A DNA stretch of 64,000 nucleotides from OCS155 cluster bacterium AG-333-G23 (GCA_003282445.1 QBZE01000002.1:8752-72751); one strand, 5' to 3'; positions 1-10,323 are shown, numbered from the stretch's first letter. Notes: a model not told the origin generated them from the sequence alone. Made by a program: numbers and translations.

Positions 1-1049
1 AAATAAAAATCAAAATTAAAAATATGCATAAAGAAAAATAAAAAAATATGCCATAAAAATATTGTGTATATGTTTGAATGAATGAAACTAAAAAATGTCC
101 ATGTTTTAATATTTTGTAACATTTCTTCAAAAGATTTTCTAAAAAAAAGAAAAAAAGATAAAAGACCAACAGAAGATATTAGATAATATATTGTGGGAGG
201 ATCTTCGTTGCTTATATCACTTAATCTATAGCCTGAAACTGACATAAAATCTGTAGAGCTATCAAATTTGTAAAAAAGATATACATAAGAAAAAATCGAA
301 ATAGTTGCAAAAATAGAAGTTTTATATTTAAACATTTTTCCATCAGCAAAAAAATAACCCAGCTGATGGATAGTAAGCCAAAAAAGCAAATAATTAAATA
401 ATTTTAAATAAGATAAAGAAATAGAAAAATCTATCGTATCTATAGCTACAGTCATAAAAATAAAAGCAACTACAGTCAAATATGGATTCTTTTTATGTAA
501 ATAAATAGTAACAGGACAAAATATAACAACGACCAAATATATTGCAACTATCCATAATGGCCACATAAGAAACTCTGTTATTGTAATCATTCCATCTTCT
601 TCCGTTGTTAAAAATAGAGGAAAATTTAGTACTCTAAAAAAAACATTCAATAATAAAGTAATAGAAGCTATCCAGACTAAGACTGGCCCCATCAAACTGT
701 TTACTCTATCTGTAAGAAATTTCCACTGACTACCATCGCGTCCTACGTTTGAATACCAAGCTATTTTATTTGTAAATCCTGTAGAAAAGAAAAATAAAGA
801 AATTCCAGTAGTGAACCATGTGAATCTTGTTTTGTTAGAGCTTGTAAAAGATTCGTTATAAACCAATAATTCACCAGCAGAATTTTTGAATTCTAACAAA
901 TACTCAGTATTGAATGTAATCATAAGCAATCCAATAACTTTTATAAAATCTATAAAACGTTCCCTGGAAATAGATGTATTCTTTGCTTCCTTTGCAACAT
1001 TTCTAAAACTGCCAAAAGTAGGTATAAAAATTTTAACTATTTGCTTCAC
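1..1049 (-). CDS. Acyltransferase family 3 (OafA/YrhL-like) integral membrane protein, partial. The N-terminus is in the window and the 3' end runs off the window start. The start is tentative (GTG at 1049).
   Basis: Manual minus-strand translation gives an open frame from about 1112 down to base 1 with no stop, so it is not in the ORF track. It is highly hydrophobic with many predicted TM helices. The N-terminal 'SRERFIDFIKVIGLLMI' resembles the conserved R-x-x-D-x-L-R-G-x-A-x-x-x-V opening of acyltransferase_3 proteins. Confidence 0.4.
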   Translation of the reverse strand, partial: MKQIVKIFIPTFGSFRNVAKEAKNTSISRERFIDFIKVIGLLMITFNTEYLLEFKNSAGELLVYNESFTSSNKTRFTWFTTGISLFFFSTGFTNKIAWYSNVGRDGSQWKFLTDRVNSLMGPVLVWIASITLLLNVFFRVLNFPLFLTTEEDGMITITEFLMWPLWIVAIYLVVVIFCPVTIYLHKKNPYLTVVAFIFMTVAIDTIDFSISLSYLKLFNYLLFWLTIHQLGYFFADGKMFKYKTSIFATISIFSYVYLFYKFDSSTDFMSVSGYRLSDISNEDPPTIYYLISSVGLLSFFLFFRKSFEEMLQNIKTWTFFSFIHSNIYTIFLWHIFLFFFMHIFNFDFY

Positions 1050-1100
1050 ATTTAATATTTTACATGCCTTATGACTATTGAATAGGAATATAATTACTAT

Positions 1101-1547
1101 GTGGAAGTTGTACTATATCAACCAGAAATAGCAGGAAATGTTGGTGCATGTATTAGATTATCAGCAAATACAAACATACCCCTAAATATAGTAAAACCTC
1201 TAGGTTTCAACTTTCAAGAGAATAAAATTAGAAGAGCTGGTTTAGATTATCATGATTTAGCTTCAGTTAGTATGTACGAAGATTGGAATGAATTTAAAAA
1301 AGATATAAATCTAGATAATGTTGGTTATTTATCATCAAACGGCAAAAAAAATATATGGGATGTTGAGCTTAAAAAATATACCCACCTAGTTTTTGGCCCT
1401 GAGTCCGTGGGTTTGCCAAAAGATATATTGAAACAGAATGGTAATACATTAACAATACCTATGAACAGTGATTCTCGAAGTATAAATCTTGCTAATGCTG
1501 TTTCTATAGTTGCATATGAATATCTACGCCAAAATTATGAAAAATAA
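1101..1547 (+). CDS. trmL: tRNA (cytidine/uridine-2'-O)-methyltransferase TrmL (SpoU/TrmH family). GTG start.
   Basis: 148 aa. 'YQPEIAGNVGACIRL...VFGPESVGLP...NLANAVSIVAYE' matches the SPOUT knot motifs of TrmL. Confidence 0.8.
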   Translation: MEVVLYQPEIAGNVGACIRLSANTNIPLNIVKPLGFNFQENKIRRAGLDYHDLASVSMYEDWNEFKKDINLDNVGYLSSNGKKNIWDVELKKYTHLVFGPESVGLPKDILKQNGNTLTIPMNSDSRSINLANAVSIVAYEYLRQNYEK

Positions 1548-1574
1548 GTCTAAAATTATAACTAAAGGAAAAGA

Positions 1575-2057
1575 ATGCCAAGTTTTGATATAACATCTGA
1601 ATTTAATCAGCAAGAAGTTATTAACGCAATAGATCAAATGAATAGAGAAATAATTAATAGATATGATTTTAAAGATACAAATACCTTAGTAAGTTTTAGT
1701 AATTCAACTATCTCCTTAAGAAGCACCACTGAAGAAAGACTAAATGCTGCAGACCAAGTATTGAGAGAGAAATTTGCTAAAAGGAATGTCTCAATAAAAT
1801 TTTTAAGTAATTTTAATGATGAACAAACACCATCTGAAGCGAAAAGAGAATACACATTAAAATCTGGTTTAGATAAAGAAATTTCAAAAATTATAGTTAA
1901 AGATTTAAAAGAATTTTCAAAAAAAATACAAAGCTCTATTCAAGATCAATCTATTAGAGTTAGCTCTAAAAAAAGAGACGAGTTACAAGATGCTATATCT
2001 TACCTAAAAGAGAAAAATTATAAAGTATTTTTAAACTACGGTAATTTTAGAGATTAA
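1575..2057 (+). CDS. yajQ: YajQ family (UPF0234) nucleotide-binding protein
   Basis: 160 aa. The N-terminus 'MPSFDITSEFNQQEVINAIDQ' is characteristic of YajQ. Confidence 0.75.
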   Translation: MPSFDITSEFNQQEVINAIDQMNREIINRYDFKDTNTLVSFSNSTISLRSTTEERLNAADQVLREKFAKRNVSIKFLSNFNDEQTPSEAKREYTLKSGLDKEISKIIVKDLKEFSKKIQSSIQDQSIRVSSKKRDELQDAISYLKEKNYKVFLNYGNFRD

Positions 2058-2262
2058 AACGTAATTTAAATTTTTTATAAAAATAACGTGATACAAAAAT
2101 AGAAAATATAAATACGGGTAAAGACCCATAGATACTTAAATTATATTTTTGAGTAAAAAAATATGCAAATAAAACAATAGTGAAACCGTATATTGCTCTA
2201 AATATAGAAAAGATAAGGAAAGATTGAAATATCTTATTAGATAATATTTTATCTAAATTCAT
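2047..2262 (-). CDS. Small hydrophobic protein (2 predicted TM helices), hypothetical
   Basis: 71 aa ORF whose ATG lies 3 nt after the stop of the upstream DCC-like gene (translational coupling). Membrane-like composition. Could be spurious in AT-rich DNA. Confidence 0.3.
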   Translation of the reverse strand: MNLDKILSNKIFQSFLIFSIFRAIYGFTIVLFAYFFTQKYNLSIYGSLPVFIFSIFVSRYFYKKFKLRFNL

Positions 2263-2264
2263 GA

Positions 2265-2576
2265 TTAATTAAATCTGTATCTATTTCTTGCAAAAATTTT
2301 ATATAGCTTATAGCTAAATCTTGCAGGAAATAATTTAAGCAACTTAACAACTTTATAAAAACTGCCTAAATCATATATAGATTCTACGATTGCATCATTA
2401 GCGTAATATTTCTTATTATTTCTTTCATAAACTAACTCATCTTTTGTAATATCTTCTGACTCTAGATCTAATTGATTAGCTAAAATTAAATCAGTATTTC
2501 TATTTTTGAGAAACTCACCATAACCACTGCATAAATTACATTCAGAATCGATATATATTTTATTCAACTGGATCAA
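2265..2576 (-). CDS. DCC1-like thiol-disulfide oxidoreductase family protein (DUF393)
   Basis: 103 aa with N-terminal '[12 protein letters not shown]' (D-x-x-C-x-x-C), as in the DUF393/DCC family. Co-oriented and overlapping with msrB. Confidence 0.5.
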   Translation of the reverse strand: MIQLNKIYIDSECNLCSGYGEFLKNRNTDLILANQLDLESEDITKDELVYERNNKKYYANDAIVESIYDLGSFYKVVKLLKLFPARFSYKLYKIFARNRYRFN

Positions 2577-2931
2577 AACCTAAACTTAGTGAATTTACAC
2601 AATATCGAAGGCCAGTAGGCGTTGGCCCATCATTAAAAACATGCCCTAGATGAGAATCACAATTCTTACAATTTATTTCAATTCTTCTCATGCCGAAAGA
2701 ATTGTCTTCTTTGCTAGTGACTGTATCCCCTATTGCATCATAAAAACTTGGCCAACCTGTTCCAGATTCAAACTTTGACTCTGATTCAAATAATTTATTA
2801 TTACAAACAATGCACTTATAAATGCCTTCTCTTTTTTCATATAATAGTTTTCCAGAAAATGGAGGTTCAGTTCCACAATTTTGAGTAACTTCTATCTCTT
2901 CTTCTGATAAATGATTTTTATTAATGGGCAT
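2560..2931 (-). CDS. msrB: Peptide-methionine (R)-S-oxide reductase MsrB
   Basis: 123 aa. Zinc CxxC pairs ('CIVCNNKLF', '[12 protein letters not shown]') and the catalytic 'RYCVNS' motif. Confidence 0.9.
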   Translation of the reverse strand: MPINKNHLSEEEIEVTQNCGTEPPFSGKLLYEKREGIYKCIVCNNKLFESESKFESGTGWPSFYDAIGDTVTSKEDNSFGMRRIEINCKNCDSHLGHVFNDGPTPTGLRYCVNSLSLGFDPVE

Positions 2932-2945
2932 AGTTTTATTTTATA

Positions 2946-3857
2946 TTATTTAGGGTTAAAGTAAATTTCAGAAACAGAGCTATCTACATCTTGTATTTCA
3001 TTTATTAATTCTTTATTTAAATTTACTATTTCTTTATCCGTTAACTTATCTAAATAGTCAATTGAAATTAATGCTAAATAACTATTTGTTCCTATTGATA
3101 CAATTTTTAGAGATGAAACATCAAGAACCTTTTGATTATTAGTTAGAATTTTTCTAATCTTTTCTTTGCTCTTTTGACTTATACTTTCACCAGTAATTAA
3201 ATGCTTCATCTCATATCCTAAAAATATACCAGAAACCATTAGAAGAAGACCGATAAGAATCGAACTAACAGCATCGTAAGTTGGATTGCCTGTAAAATTT
3301 GCTAATAAAGTACCAACTAAAGCAATAAAAAGACCCATGGTCGCTGCAAAATCTTCTACAACGATAGCTATAAGAGGTCCATCAGTTGATTCTTTTAATA
3401 ACTTAATGATTGATTTCTTTTCGCTGCTGGTTTGTTGAAGCTGTTTAACTGCTTTGTACAAAACATATGATTCGAGAATAATGGATACTGTTAAAACAAT
3501 TATTGATATATACAAATTCTTTAATTCATGTGGGTGAGAAAGTGCTTCTATTCCATGCTCTAGAGAAACCAATCCTCCAATAGTAAAAATTAAAACTGCA
3601 ACAACTAGTGTCCAATAATATTCTTCTTTCCCTCTTCCTAAGGGATATATTTTTTTATTTGCTTTTTTTGATTGTTTCATTCCAAACCATAAAATAAATT
3701 GGTTTGCAGAATCAACATATGAATGAATGGCTTCAGAAAACATAGCACTTGAAGAAGTAATTACTGAAATAATTGTTTTAACTATAGCTATAAAAAAATT
3801 AACAGATAATGCTAAAAAAACAGTTTTAGATGATTGATTAGTAGCCATTCTCTTCAA
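2946..3857 (-). CDS. Cation diffusion facilitator (CDF) family metal efflux transporter
   Basis: 303 aa. Six TM helices with His/Asp metal-site residues ('HSYVDSANQ', 'GHGIEALSHPHE') and a C-terminal cytoplasmic domain typical of CzcD/FieF. Confidence 0.8.
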   Translation of the reverse strand: MKRMATNQSSKTVFLALSVNFFIAIVKTIISVITSSSAMFSEAIHSYVDSANQFILWFGMKQSKKANKKIYPLGRGKEEYYWTLVVAVLIFTIGGLVSLEHGIEALSHPHELKNLYISIIVLTVSIILESYVLYKAVKQLQQTSSEKKSIIKLLKESTDGPLIAIVVEDFAATMGLFIALVGTLLANFTGNPTYDAVSSILIGLLLMVSGIFLGYEMKHLITGESISQKSKEKIRKILTNNQKVLDVSSLKIVSIGTNSYLALISIDYLDKLTDKEIVNLNKELINEIQDVDSSVSEIYFNPK

Positions 3858-4074
3858 ACCAAGTAACTAGTTGGGGGTACCCACCTATTCTTTTTTCTTC
3901 AATGTATATCTGTGGAACTGTGCTCACTCCCTCACCTACTTTTTTATAAAACTTTTGTCGTTCATTATCATCTGATAAATCTATTTCTGTATAAGTTAAG
4001 TCTACAGAATTTAGTAAGTTTTTTGCTCGGTCGCACCAGATGCAATTATCTTTAGTGTAAATTTCTATTTTCAA
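3838..4074 (-). CDS. Glutaredoxin family protein
   Basis: 78 aa. 'CIWC' active site followed by 'TVPQIYI...GGY', a typical Grx/NrdH fold signature. Confidence 0.75.
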   Translation of the reverse strand: MKIEIYTKDNCIWCDRAKNLLNSVDLTYTEIDLSDDNERQKFYKKVGEGVSTVPQIYIEEKRIGGYPQLVTWFEENGY

Positions 4075-5117
4075 AGATTTTCAGATCCTGTGTATATCTC
4101 ATTAGTAGTTTGAGTAACTCTAATAAAGGTTGTGCTTTTTGGTAAATCTTTAAGTTTTTTAGCCCCTACATAAGAACAAGCTGACCTCATGCCACCAAGG
4201 ATTGATTGTACTGTTTGGTCTATAGGTCCTTTGTATTTTAATCTTACTTTTTTTCCTTCTGGAGCTCTATGTAAAGCTAAGTCGCCATAATATGTTTGTT
4301 GAGCTTTAGTTGAAGACATGCCATAAAAATCTTTGTACTGCTCACCATCTTCACCTGTAACAAGTTCACCTCCTGACTCTTCATGTCCTGCAAACATACC
4401 GCCTAACATTACAAAATCTGCTCCAGCACCAAAAGCCTTCGATACATCGCCTGGGTATTTACAACCTCCATCCGCTAAAACATGTCCTCCTAAGCCATGA
4501 GCAGCATCTGAACACTCTGATATAGATGATAATTGTGGATAACCAACACCTGCAACGCTTCTAGTTGTACAGACAGAACCAGGACCAATTCCTATTTTGA
4601 CTATATCTGCACCTGCAAGTATTAACGCTTCGGTCATTTCTCTAGTGGCGACATTGCCAGCAATAATAATTTTATCTTTATATGTTTCTCTGTATTTTTT
4701 TACAGCTTCAAGGAAATCTTCTCTATATCCATTTGCAACATCGATACAAAGAAACTTAAGATCTTTACTGAGTTCAAATATTTGTTTACCTAAATCATAA
4801 TCTTCTTGAGACTGTCCAACTGTTACTGATACATAGTTTGGGTCTAATGAGTCGATGTTGTCTTTCCAATCCTCTAAAGTATAAAATTTATGTATAGCGG
4901 TTAGCATCTTATGTTTTTGTAATGCTTTAGCGGTTTCAAAAGTACCGGTTGTGTCCATATTGGCAGAAAAAATAGGAATTCCTTCCCAAGTATGTTTATT
5001 GTGTCTAAATTTAAATTCTCTTTCAAGTTTTACTTCAGAACGAGATATTAATGTACTTCTTTTAGGTCTAATCAATACATCATCAAATGTTAATTTTATT
5101 TCATCTTCAATTCTCAT
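4071..5117 (-). CDS. guaC: GMP reductase
   Basis: 348 aa. The N-terminus '[29 protein letters not shown]' closely resembles E. coli GuaC. IMPDH/GMPR catalytic loop '[11 protein letters not shown]'. No CBS pair. Confidence 0.8.
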   Translation of the reverse strand: MRIEDEIKLTFDDVLIRPKRSTLISRSEVKLEREFKFRHNKHTWEGIPIFSANMDTTGTFETAKALQKHKMLTAIHKFYTLEDWKDNIDSLDPNYVSVTVGQSQEDYDLGKQIFELSKDLKFLCIDVANGYREDFLEAVKKYRETYKDKIIIAGNVATREMTEALILAGADIVKIGIGPGSVCTTRSVAGVGYPQLSSISECSDAAHGLGGHVLADGGCKYPGDVSKAFGAGADFVMLGGMFAGHEESGGELVTGEDGEQYKDFYGMSSTKAQQTYYGDLALHRAPEGKKVRLKYKGPIDQTVQSILGGMRSACSYVGAKKLKDLPKSTTFIRVTQTTNEIYTGSENL

Positions 5118-5153
5118 AATGTAGTTTTTCCCTTATCCTAAATAACAGAAATT

Positions 5154-5732
5154 ATGATAGTTGAATTTCCGATATTTGGTGCTGGTATTATATATTTTCC
5201 TACAGAACTATCAGCATTAAGAGTTTTCGAACCAAGATATTTATTACTTATTGCTGATGCAATAAAACAAAGAAAAACGTTCTGTGTAAGTAATAATCTT
5301 AACGAAGAAAGCCAAGTAATATCAGAAGTTGAAATTATAGAACATAGAGATATTTCAAATGCTGAACAACTAGTTTTAGTAAAGTGTGTAAATTTATACA
5401 AAACTATAGATGTAGTAACTGATAAAGAATACCCCTTATGTAAAGCAGAAATAATAATTGATATTGGATTGCCTCCAACAACTGATCAGTTAGATAACCT
5501 TCAAATTAAAATTAAAGAAAGCTTATCTGAATTAATAGAAAAAGGATTAGATATAGATATACCAACTTTTGAAATTGATACTGAAAATAGAATTTTAAGT
5601 TTATGGGAGATTTGTTCTAAAATTCCTATGACAATGGACCTAAGAAACAAACTATTACTAAGTAACGACATAAGTTATAGATTTAATTTACTGGAAAACT
5701 ACTTAGATGAAATAAAAGAAAGAACAACCTAG
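5154..5732 (+). CDS. Lon protease N-terminal (LON substrate-binding) domain-containing protein
   Basis: 192 aa. 'FPIFGAGIIYFPTELSALRVFEPRYLLLI' matches the LON N-domain motif F-P-L-P-x-x-V-L-F-P-x-x-x-x-P-L-x-I-F-E-P-R-Y. Confidence 0.6.
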   Translation: MIVEFPIFGAGIIYFPTELSALRVFEPRYLLLIADAIKQRKTFCVSNNLNEESQVISEVEIIEHRDISNAEQLVLVKCVNLYKTIDVVTDKEYPLCKAEIIIDIGLPPTTDQLDNLQIKIKESLSELIEKGLDIDIPTFEIDTENRILSLWEICSKIPMTMDLRNKLLLSNDISYRFNLLENYLDEIKERTT

Positions 5733-6385
5733 GTGTCTTTCCATTTCTTATAAAAACTATTAACTTTTTGGTTCATTGAATTCTCGTAGTTTATTAATTT
5801 ATTACGAGTGAGTTCTACATCATAATTTTTTAATTCATTCTTACTTACTTCACTTTCATACCATTTATCAAATAGATCAACTGTTACTTCCGGATGAAAT
5901 TGAATACAGACTGTATTCTTTATTTTATAAATTTGTGGGAAATCTGTTTCAGCAATTAATTTTGCTTTTGATGGAATTCTAAAAGTATCTCTATGCCATG
6001 TAAAAACTTCAGTTTCTTGAAAATCAGAAAATATTTCTTCATTTCTGACAAAATTCAAGTTTTTAAAACCAAATTCTATTTCATCAGAGAGGTAAGCCTC
6101 ACCATCTAAAGAATCGGCTACAAGCTGAGACCCTAAGCAAATTCCTAATATTTTAGTTCCATTATCCACTGATTTAGATAACCATTTATTTTCAGATAGT
6201 AAGTACTCATGCTTATCAGTGTCATATGCCCCCATATGTCCACCTAAAATTATATAATCGTAAGAATTGGTCATCTCTTCCCATTTCAATTCCCATGCAT
6301 TTAGAGATACAATATTATTATTTTCAAGAGATCCTAGAGTTACTTCAGGGTCATTGACAATCGCTATAGTTTCTTTATATTTCAT
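5729..6385 (-). CDS. Class I glutamine amidotransferase-like protein
   Basis: 218 aa. 'ILGICLGSQL' nucleophile elbow (Cys) and 'QFHPE' catalytic His/Glu region of GATase1. Confidence 0.65.
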   Translation of the reverse strand: MKYKETIAIVNDPEVTLGSLENNNIVSLNAWELKWEEMTNSYDYIILGGHMGAYDTDKHEYLLSENKWLSKSVDNGTKILGICLGSQLVADSLDGEAYLSDEIEFGFKNLNFVRNEEIFSDFQETEVFTWHRDTFRIPSKAKLIAETDFPQIYKIKNTVCIQFHPEVTVDLFDKWYESEVSKNELKNYDVELTRNKLINYENSMNQKVNSFYKKWKDT

Positions 6386-6392
6386 TTCTTTG

Positions 6393-6476
6393 TGCGCGGA
6401 AGAGGACTCGAACCTCCACGGGTTTTATCCCACAGGATCCTTAATCCTGCGCGTCTACCAGTTCCGCCACCCGCGC
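6393..6476 (-). tRNA. tRNA-Leu (anticodon UAA)
   Basis: Minus-strand sequence GCGCGGGTGGCGGAACTGGTAGACGCGCAGGATTAAGGATCCTGTGGGATAAAACCCGTGGAGGTTCGAGTCCTCTTCCGCGCA folds as a class II tRNA. It has a long variable arm, anticodon loop CTGGATTAAGGATCC with TAA, and a T-arm GGTTCGAGTCC. Confidence 0.85.
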
Positions 6477-6480
6477 TTTA

Positions 6481-6717
6481 TCAGTCAAGAAACCAAAATA
6501 AAGATAATGTAGTTGCTGCAAACATTAAAGCAACCAAGGCAGTAATACGGCTAAGATTTCTTTCGGCTAGCGTTTGGCCAATATTTCCAGAAGCACCAGC
6601 CCCACCTAACATATCAGATAAACCTCCACCTTTACCACTATTAAGCATTATTAAAGCAATGAGAGCTATGGATACAACAATATGAATCGATATAAGTATT
6701 GCAGTTGTAGATCCCAT
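6481..6717 (-). CDS. secG: Preprotein translocase subunit SecG
   Basis: 78 aa, two TM helices with Gly-rich loop 'NSGKGGGLSDMLGGAGASG'. Conserved position after tpiA in Actinobacteria. Confidence 0.8.
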   Translation of the reverse strand: MGSTTAILISIHIVVSIALIALIMLNSGKGGGLSDMLGGAGASGNIGQTLAERNLSRITALVALMFAATTLSLFWFLD

Positions 6718-6719
6718 AT

Positions 6720-7469
6720 TTAATTATCCTTTTCTATTTTTGATTGTTGTTCTATTTCTTTTTCTAACTCTTCTATTGTTTCTTGGTCACCAAGGTATCC
6801 AATCTTAGTTATTTTATCATTGTTAATATTAAAAGCGAGAGGTATTCCAGTAGGAATATTAACCTCAACTATTGAGTCATCTGAAATATTTTCAATAGTT
6901 TTCAACATAGCTCTAATACTATTTCCATGTGCAACAACAAGTATATTTTTATTTTCTGATAGCTCAATAATTTCATTTAAAGTTGATTCAACTCTTGCTA
7001 CTACATCTTGTAGTGACTCCCCTAATGGTAAAGCAATATCAATATCTTCATAAGCTTTATCTTGTCTTGGGTCAAATTTTGAGTCTTTTTCAATTAAAGG
7101 CGGCTTTGTTTTATAGCCTCTCCTCCACTCGTGGACTTGCTTTTCACCATATTTTTTTGCAGTATCTATCTTGTCCAAACCTTGTAATGCTCCATAATGT
7201 CTTTCATTTAATTGCCATCTTTTAATAATGTTTATTTCATTAAGAAGAGCTTCTTCATACTCATTTAATAAATGATTTGAAGTTTCTATTGATCTACTTA
7301 AGTAAGATGTAAAACAAATTTCAGGTTTAAAATTATTTTCTATTAGCGTTTTTCCAGCTTTAATAGCTTCATGAATGCCTTTATCACTTAAGCCAATATC
7401 TACCCAACCAGTAAATTTATTTTCTAGATTCCATATACTTTGTCCGTGGCGTACAAAAACTAAATTCAT
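6720..7469 (-). CDS. gpmA: 2,3-bisphosphoglycerate-dependent phosphoglycerate mutase
   Basis: 249 aa. 'VFVRHGQSIWNLENKFTGWVDIGLSDKG' matches the GpmA RHG phosphohistidine motif and surroundings. Confidence 0.9.
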   Translation of the reverse strand: MNLVFVRHGQSIWNLENKFTGWVDIGLSDKGIHEAIKAGKTLIENNFKPEICFTSYLSRSIETSNHLLNEYEEALLNEINIIKRWQLNERHYGALQGLDKIDTAKKYGEKQVHEWRRGYKTKPPLIEKDSKFDPRQDKAYEDIDIALPLGESLQDVVARVESTLNEIIELSENKNILVVAHGNSIRAMLKTIENISDDSIVEVNIPTGIPLAFNINNDKITKIGYLGDQETIEELEKEIEQQSKIEKDN

Positions 7470-8230
7470 AAATCTATTGAATTGATTATCGTTACAAATT
7501 TATCGACATCTAGTGATGCTCCGCCAACTAAAGCTCCATCAATAATTTTTGAATTTAATAACTCAGAAGAGTTATCAGGAGTAACACTCCCTCCATAAAT
7601 AAAGCGGATACTGTCACTGTCATAAAAAGGTTTTTCAGAAATGTTTTCTTTTACCATAGACAAAACCTCAACAGCATCTACTACAGAAGCAACTTCTCCT
7701 GTTCCAATTGCCCAGATTGGTTCATAAGCAAAAACAAGATTTTCAACTTTGTCTTTTCTTAAACCTTTAACAGCTGAATTAATTTGATTTGTAATATGTT
7801 CTAAATATTTATTACTATTCCTTTGTTCTAATGTCTCTCCAAAACATACTATTGGTGTTATCCCCTCACTAACTAAGTTATGTACTTTTTGGTTTATTAC
7901 TTCATCACTTTCATTAAACTCTATTCTTCTTTCAGAATGTCCAACAATACAGTAATTTACATTTAGTTTATTTAATTGGTGACTTGAAACTTCTCCAGTA
8001 TATGCTCCTCCAGAAAATTGAGATACATCTTGTGCAGATAGTTGAATATTTAATTTATCTGTATCAATAATTGTTTGAATGGAACGTAAAGATGTATGAG
8101 ACGGAGAGACTACTATATCTATCTTTTCCTCTTTGCCTTCTTCTATCGTGTAATTAAGTTTTTGCAGAAGCTGAATTGCTTCTAAATGATCTAGGTTTAA
8201 TTTCCAATTGCCTATTATTATTTTTTTCAT
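7466..8230 (-). CDS. tpiA: Triosephosphate isomerase
   Basis: 254 aa. 'IIGNWKLN', 'CIVGHSERR', 'AYEPIWAIGTG' and 'YGGSV' are TIM catalytic motifs. Confidence 0.92.
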   Translation of the reverse strand: MKKIIIGNWKLNLDHLEAIQLLQKLNYTIEEGKEEKIDIVVSPSHTSLRSIQTIIDTDKLNIQLSAQDVSQFSGGAYTGEVSSHQLNKLNVNYCIVGHSERRIEFNESDEVINQKVHNLVSEGITPIVCFGETLEQRNSNKYLEHITNQINSAVKGLRKDKVENLVFAYEPIWAIGTGEVASVVDAVEVLSMVKENISEKPFYDSDSIRFIYGGSVTPDNSSELLNSKIIDGALVGGASLDVDKFVTIINSIDL

Positions 8231-8237
8231 TATTCCT

Positions 8238-9389
8238 CTAAATTATAAGTTGATTATAAATATTTACACCCGGTAGAGCTTTTCCTTCTAAATACTCTAG
8301 AGATGCTCCGCCGCCTGTAGATACATGGTTAAATTTATCTACACTAGAAAATTTATTTATTGCATTTACTGAATCTCCTCCACCCACTATTGAGTAAACA
8401 TCCATTTCAGCTATTGCATTCGTGATTTCCTTTGTTCCATGGCTAAATTCATCAACTTCGAATACTCCCATTGGGCCATTCCAAAATATAGTTTTAGATT
8501 TTGATAATATTTCTTGAAATTTTTTTATTGTTTCCTTGCCTATATCAACACCAATATCATCATCGCTAAATTCAGATATATCAATATTATTTCTTGCATG
8601 ACTGTCAATTGCTTTAGTAACTCCAAAATCGATTGGTAAAGTTATTTTTTTACCATCAGCTGAATCTAGAATTTCTTTAGCTGATTCAATAAATTGATCT
8701 TCACATAGTGAATTTCCTATATTGTAATCTAAAGCTTTTAAGAAAGTAAAACACATTCCTCCACCTATTAATAAGTTATTAACTCGAGGTAGTAGATTTT
8801 TTATAAGTGCTAGCTTATCTGAGACCTTTGCTCCTCCGAGTAATATCGTAAAATCCTGATTAGATTCATTTAATACTTTATTTAATTCTTCGATCTCTTT
8901 AGACATTAAAGGCCCTTGAAATGAATTTAAGTGATTTCCAATCTTAACTATTGAAGCATGTTCTCTATGAGAAGCCCCAAAAGCATCAAGAATATAAGTA
9001 TCGAAGGGACTTGCTACACCTTTTGCAAATTTTTCATCATTCATTATTTCCCCTTCATTAAATCTAAGATTTTCTAATAAAAATATACCTTTCTCTTTAC
9101 TATTTAAAATATTTTTAATGTCTTCGTCTAAATTATTATTTATAAATACAACATCTTGGTTTAATAGTTTGCTCATTTCATCTGAGATTGGTTTCAATGA
9201 TAAAGAATGTTCAACTCCTTTAGGTCTTCCAAGGTGGCTTGTAAAAGTAACGCTGCTTGAAATATTTTGTAGTTTTTCTATATACTCAATAGATTTTTTT
9301 ATTCTAAAGTTATCTAAAACAGTTCCATTTCTAATTGGAACATTTAAATCAGACCTTATTAATACATTACCTAAATTTTTAGACGTCAA
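8238..9389 (-). CDS. pgk: Phosphoglycerate kinase
   Basis: 383 aa. 'RSDLNVP', 'SHLGRP', 'LENLRF' and 'GGGASLE' are PGK motifs. Confidence 0.92.
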   Translation of the reverse strand: MTSKNLGNVLIRSDLNVPIRNGTVLDNFRIKKSIEYIEKLQNISSSVTFTSHLGRPKGVEHSLSLKPISDEMSKLLNQDVVFINNNLDEDIKNILNSKEKGIFLLENLRFNEGEIMNDEKFAKGVASPFDTYILDAFGASHREHASIVKIGNHLNSFQGPLMSKEIEELNKVLNESNQDFTILLGGAKVSDKLALIKNLLPRVNNLLIGGGMCFTFLKALDYNIGNSLCEDQFIESAKEILDSADGKKITLPIDFGVTKAIDSHARNNIDISEFSDDDIGVDIGKETIKKFQEILSKSKTIFWNGPMGVFEVDEFSHGTKEITNAIAEMDVYSIVGGGDSVNAINKFSSVDKFNHVSTGGGASLEYLEGKALPGVNIYNQLII

Positions 9390-9390
9390 C

Positions 9391-10257
9391 TTATGCTTCT
9401 TTCATATCCCTATGGATAATTACAGCATCCTTTCCGTCATTTTTAAGCCAATTTCCAATTTCTTCCGTCATGACAACGCTTCTATGCTTTCCACCGGTAC
9501 AACCGATTGCAATACCAACATATGACTTACCTTCGGATGTGAATCTTGGTAGCAAAAATTCAACAAGATCTTTAGCTTTATCAAGAAAAATTTGTGCGTC
9601 TTCAAAAGATAAAACATAATTCCTAACCATAGGTGATTGTCCTGTAGATGAACGAAGTTCTTCTCTCCAATGTGGGTTGGGTAAAAATCTAACATCTAAA
9701 ACTAAATCGGCATCTCTAGGTGAGCCATTTTTGAATCCAAATGAAGTTACTGAAATTTTTAAATCTTGATTAGTTGCTTCGCCTTGGAATCCTTCTATTA
9801 TCCTTTTTCTTAAATCGTGAACATTCATATCTGTTGTATCAATAACTAAATCAGCTAACTCCCTGATAGGTTTTAATAAATCACGCTCCAACTTTACTGA
9901 TTGTGATAATGACTCCTGGCCCATAGGGTGAGGACGTCTATTCTCTTCATATCTTTCAATTAATGTTTCGGTATCAGCATCAAGAAATATAATTCTTGTT
10001 AATACTCCAGATTGACTCAACCTATCAAGACTTTTATTTAATTCCCCTTGAGCAAATCCATCTCTCGCATCAACTGTTAGAACTAATTGTCTATTAGATT
10101 CTGCTACATCATTAGAATCGACAACAGACTCAACTAAATCAGGAGGTAGGTTTTCAATAACATAATATCCTAAGTCTTCAAAAACATTTGAGCTAGCAGA
10201 ACGGCCTGCACCAGACATTCCTACAAGTAATAAAACTTCTGGTCTTTTTATTGACAA
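9391..10257 (-). CDS. rapZ: RNase adapter protein RapZ (YvcJ)
   Basis: 288 aa. Walker A 'GMSGAGRS' and C-terminal 'GCTGGKHRSV' are characteristic of RapZ. Confidence 0.9.
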   Translation of the reverse strand: MSIKRPEVLLLVGMSGAGRSASSNVFEDLGYYVIENLPPDLVESVVDSNDVAESNRQLVLTVDARDGFAQGELNKSLDRLSQSGVLTRIIFLDADTETLIERYEENRRPHPMGQESLSQSVKLERDLLKPIRELADLVIDTTDMNVHDLRKRIIEGFQGEATNQDLKISVTSFGFKNGSPRDADLVLDVRFLPNPHWREELRSSTGQSPMVRNYVLSFEDAQIFLDKAKDLVEFLLPRFTSEGKSYVGIAIGCTGGKHRSVVMTEEIGNWLKNDGKDAVIIHRDMKEA

Positions 10258-10323
10258 TTAATCTCCTTCTATAACATTCTAATTAGGACTAGTTTAGATG
10301 GTAGAACTTTATTTAATGTTCGA

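Noticed and set aside
130-165. Long A/T homopolymer runs (8-9 nt) near the window start
   Set aside because: They are inside the acyltransferase-like coding frame (encoding Phe/Lys runs) and are typical of 30% GC DNA. No slippage-induced frameshift is evident.
886-1074. 62-aa plus-strand ORF
   Set aside because: It lies entirely antisense within the long minus-strand acyltransferase-like frame and shows no protein-like features.
5138-5401. 87-aa minus-strand ORF overlapping the Lon-N domain gene
   Set aside because: It is antisense to a gene with a recognisable LON N-domain motif and there is no supporting signal.
6392-6685. 97-aa plus-strand ORF
   Set aside because: It overlaps tRNA-Leu(UAA) and is antisense to secG. 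It is Pro/Arg-rich, a translation artefact of the GC-richer tRNA.
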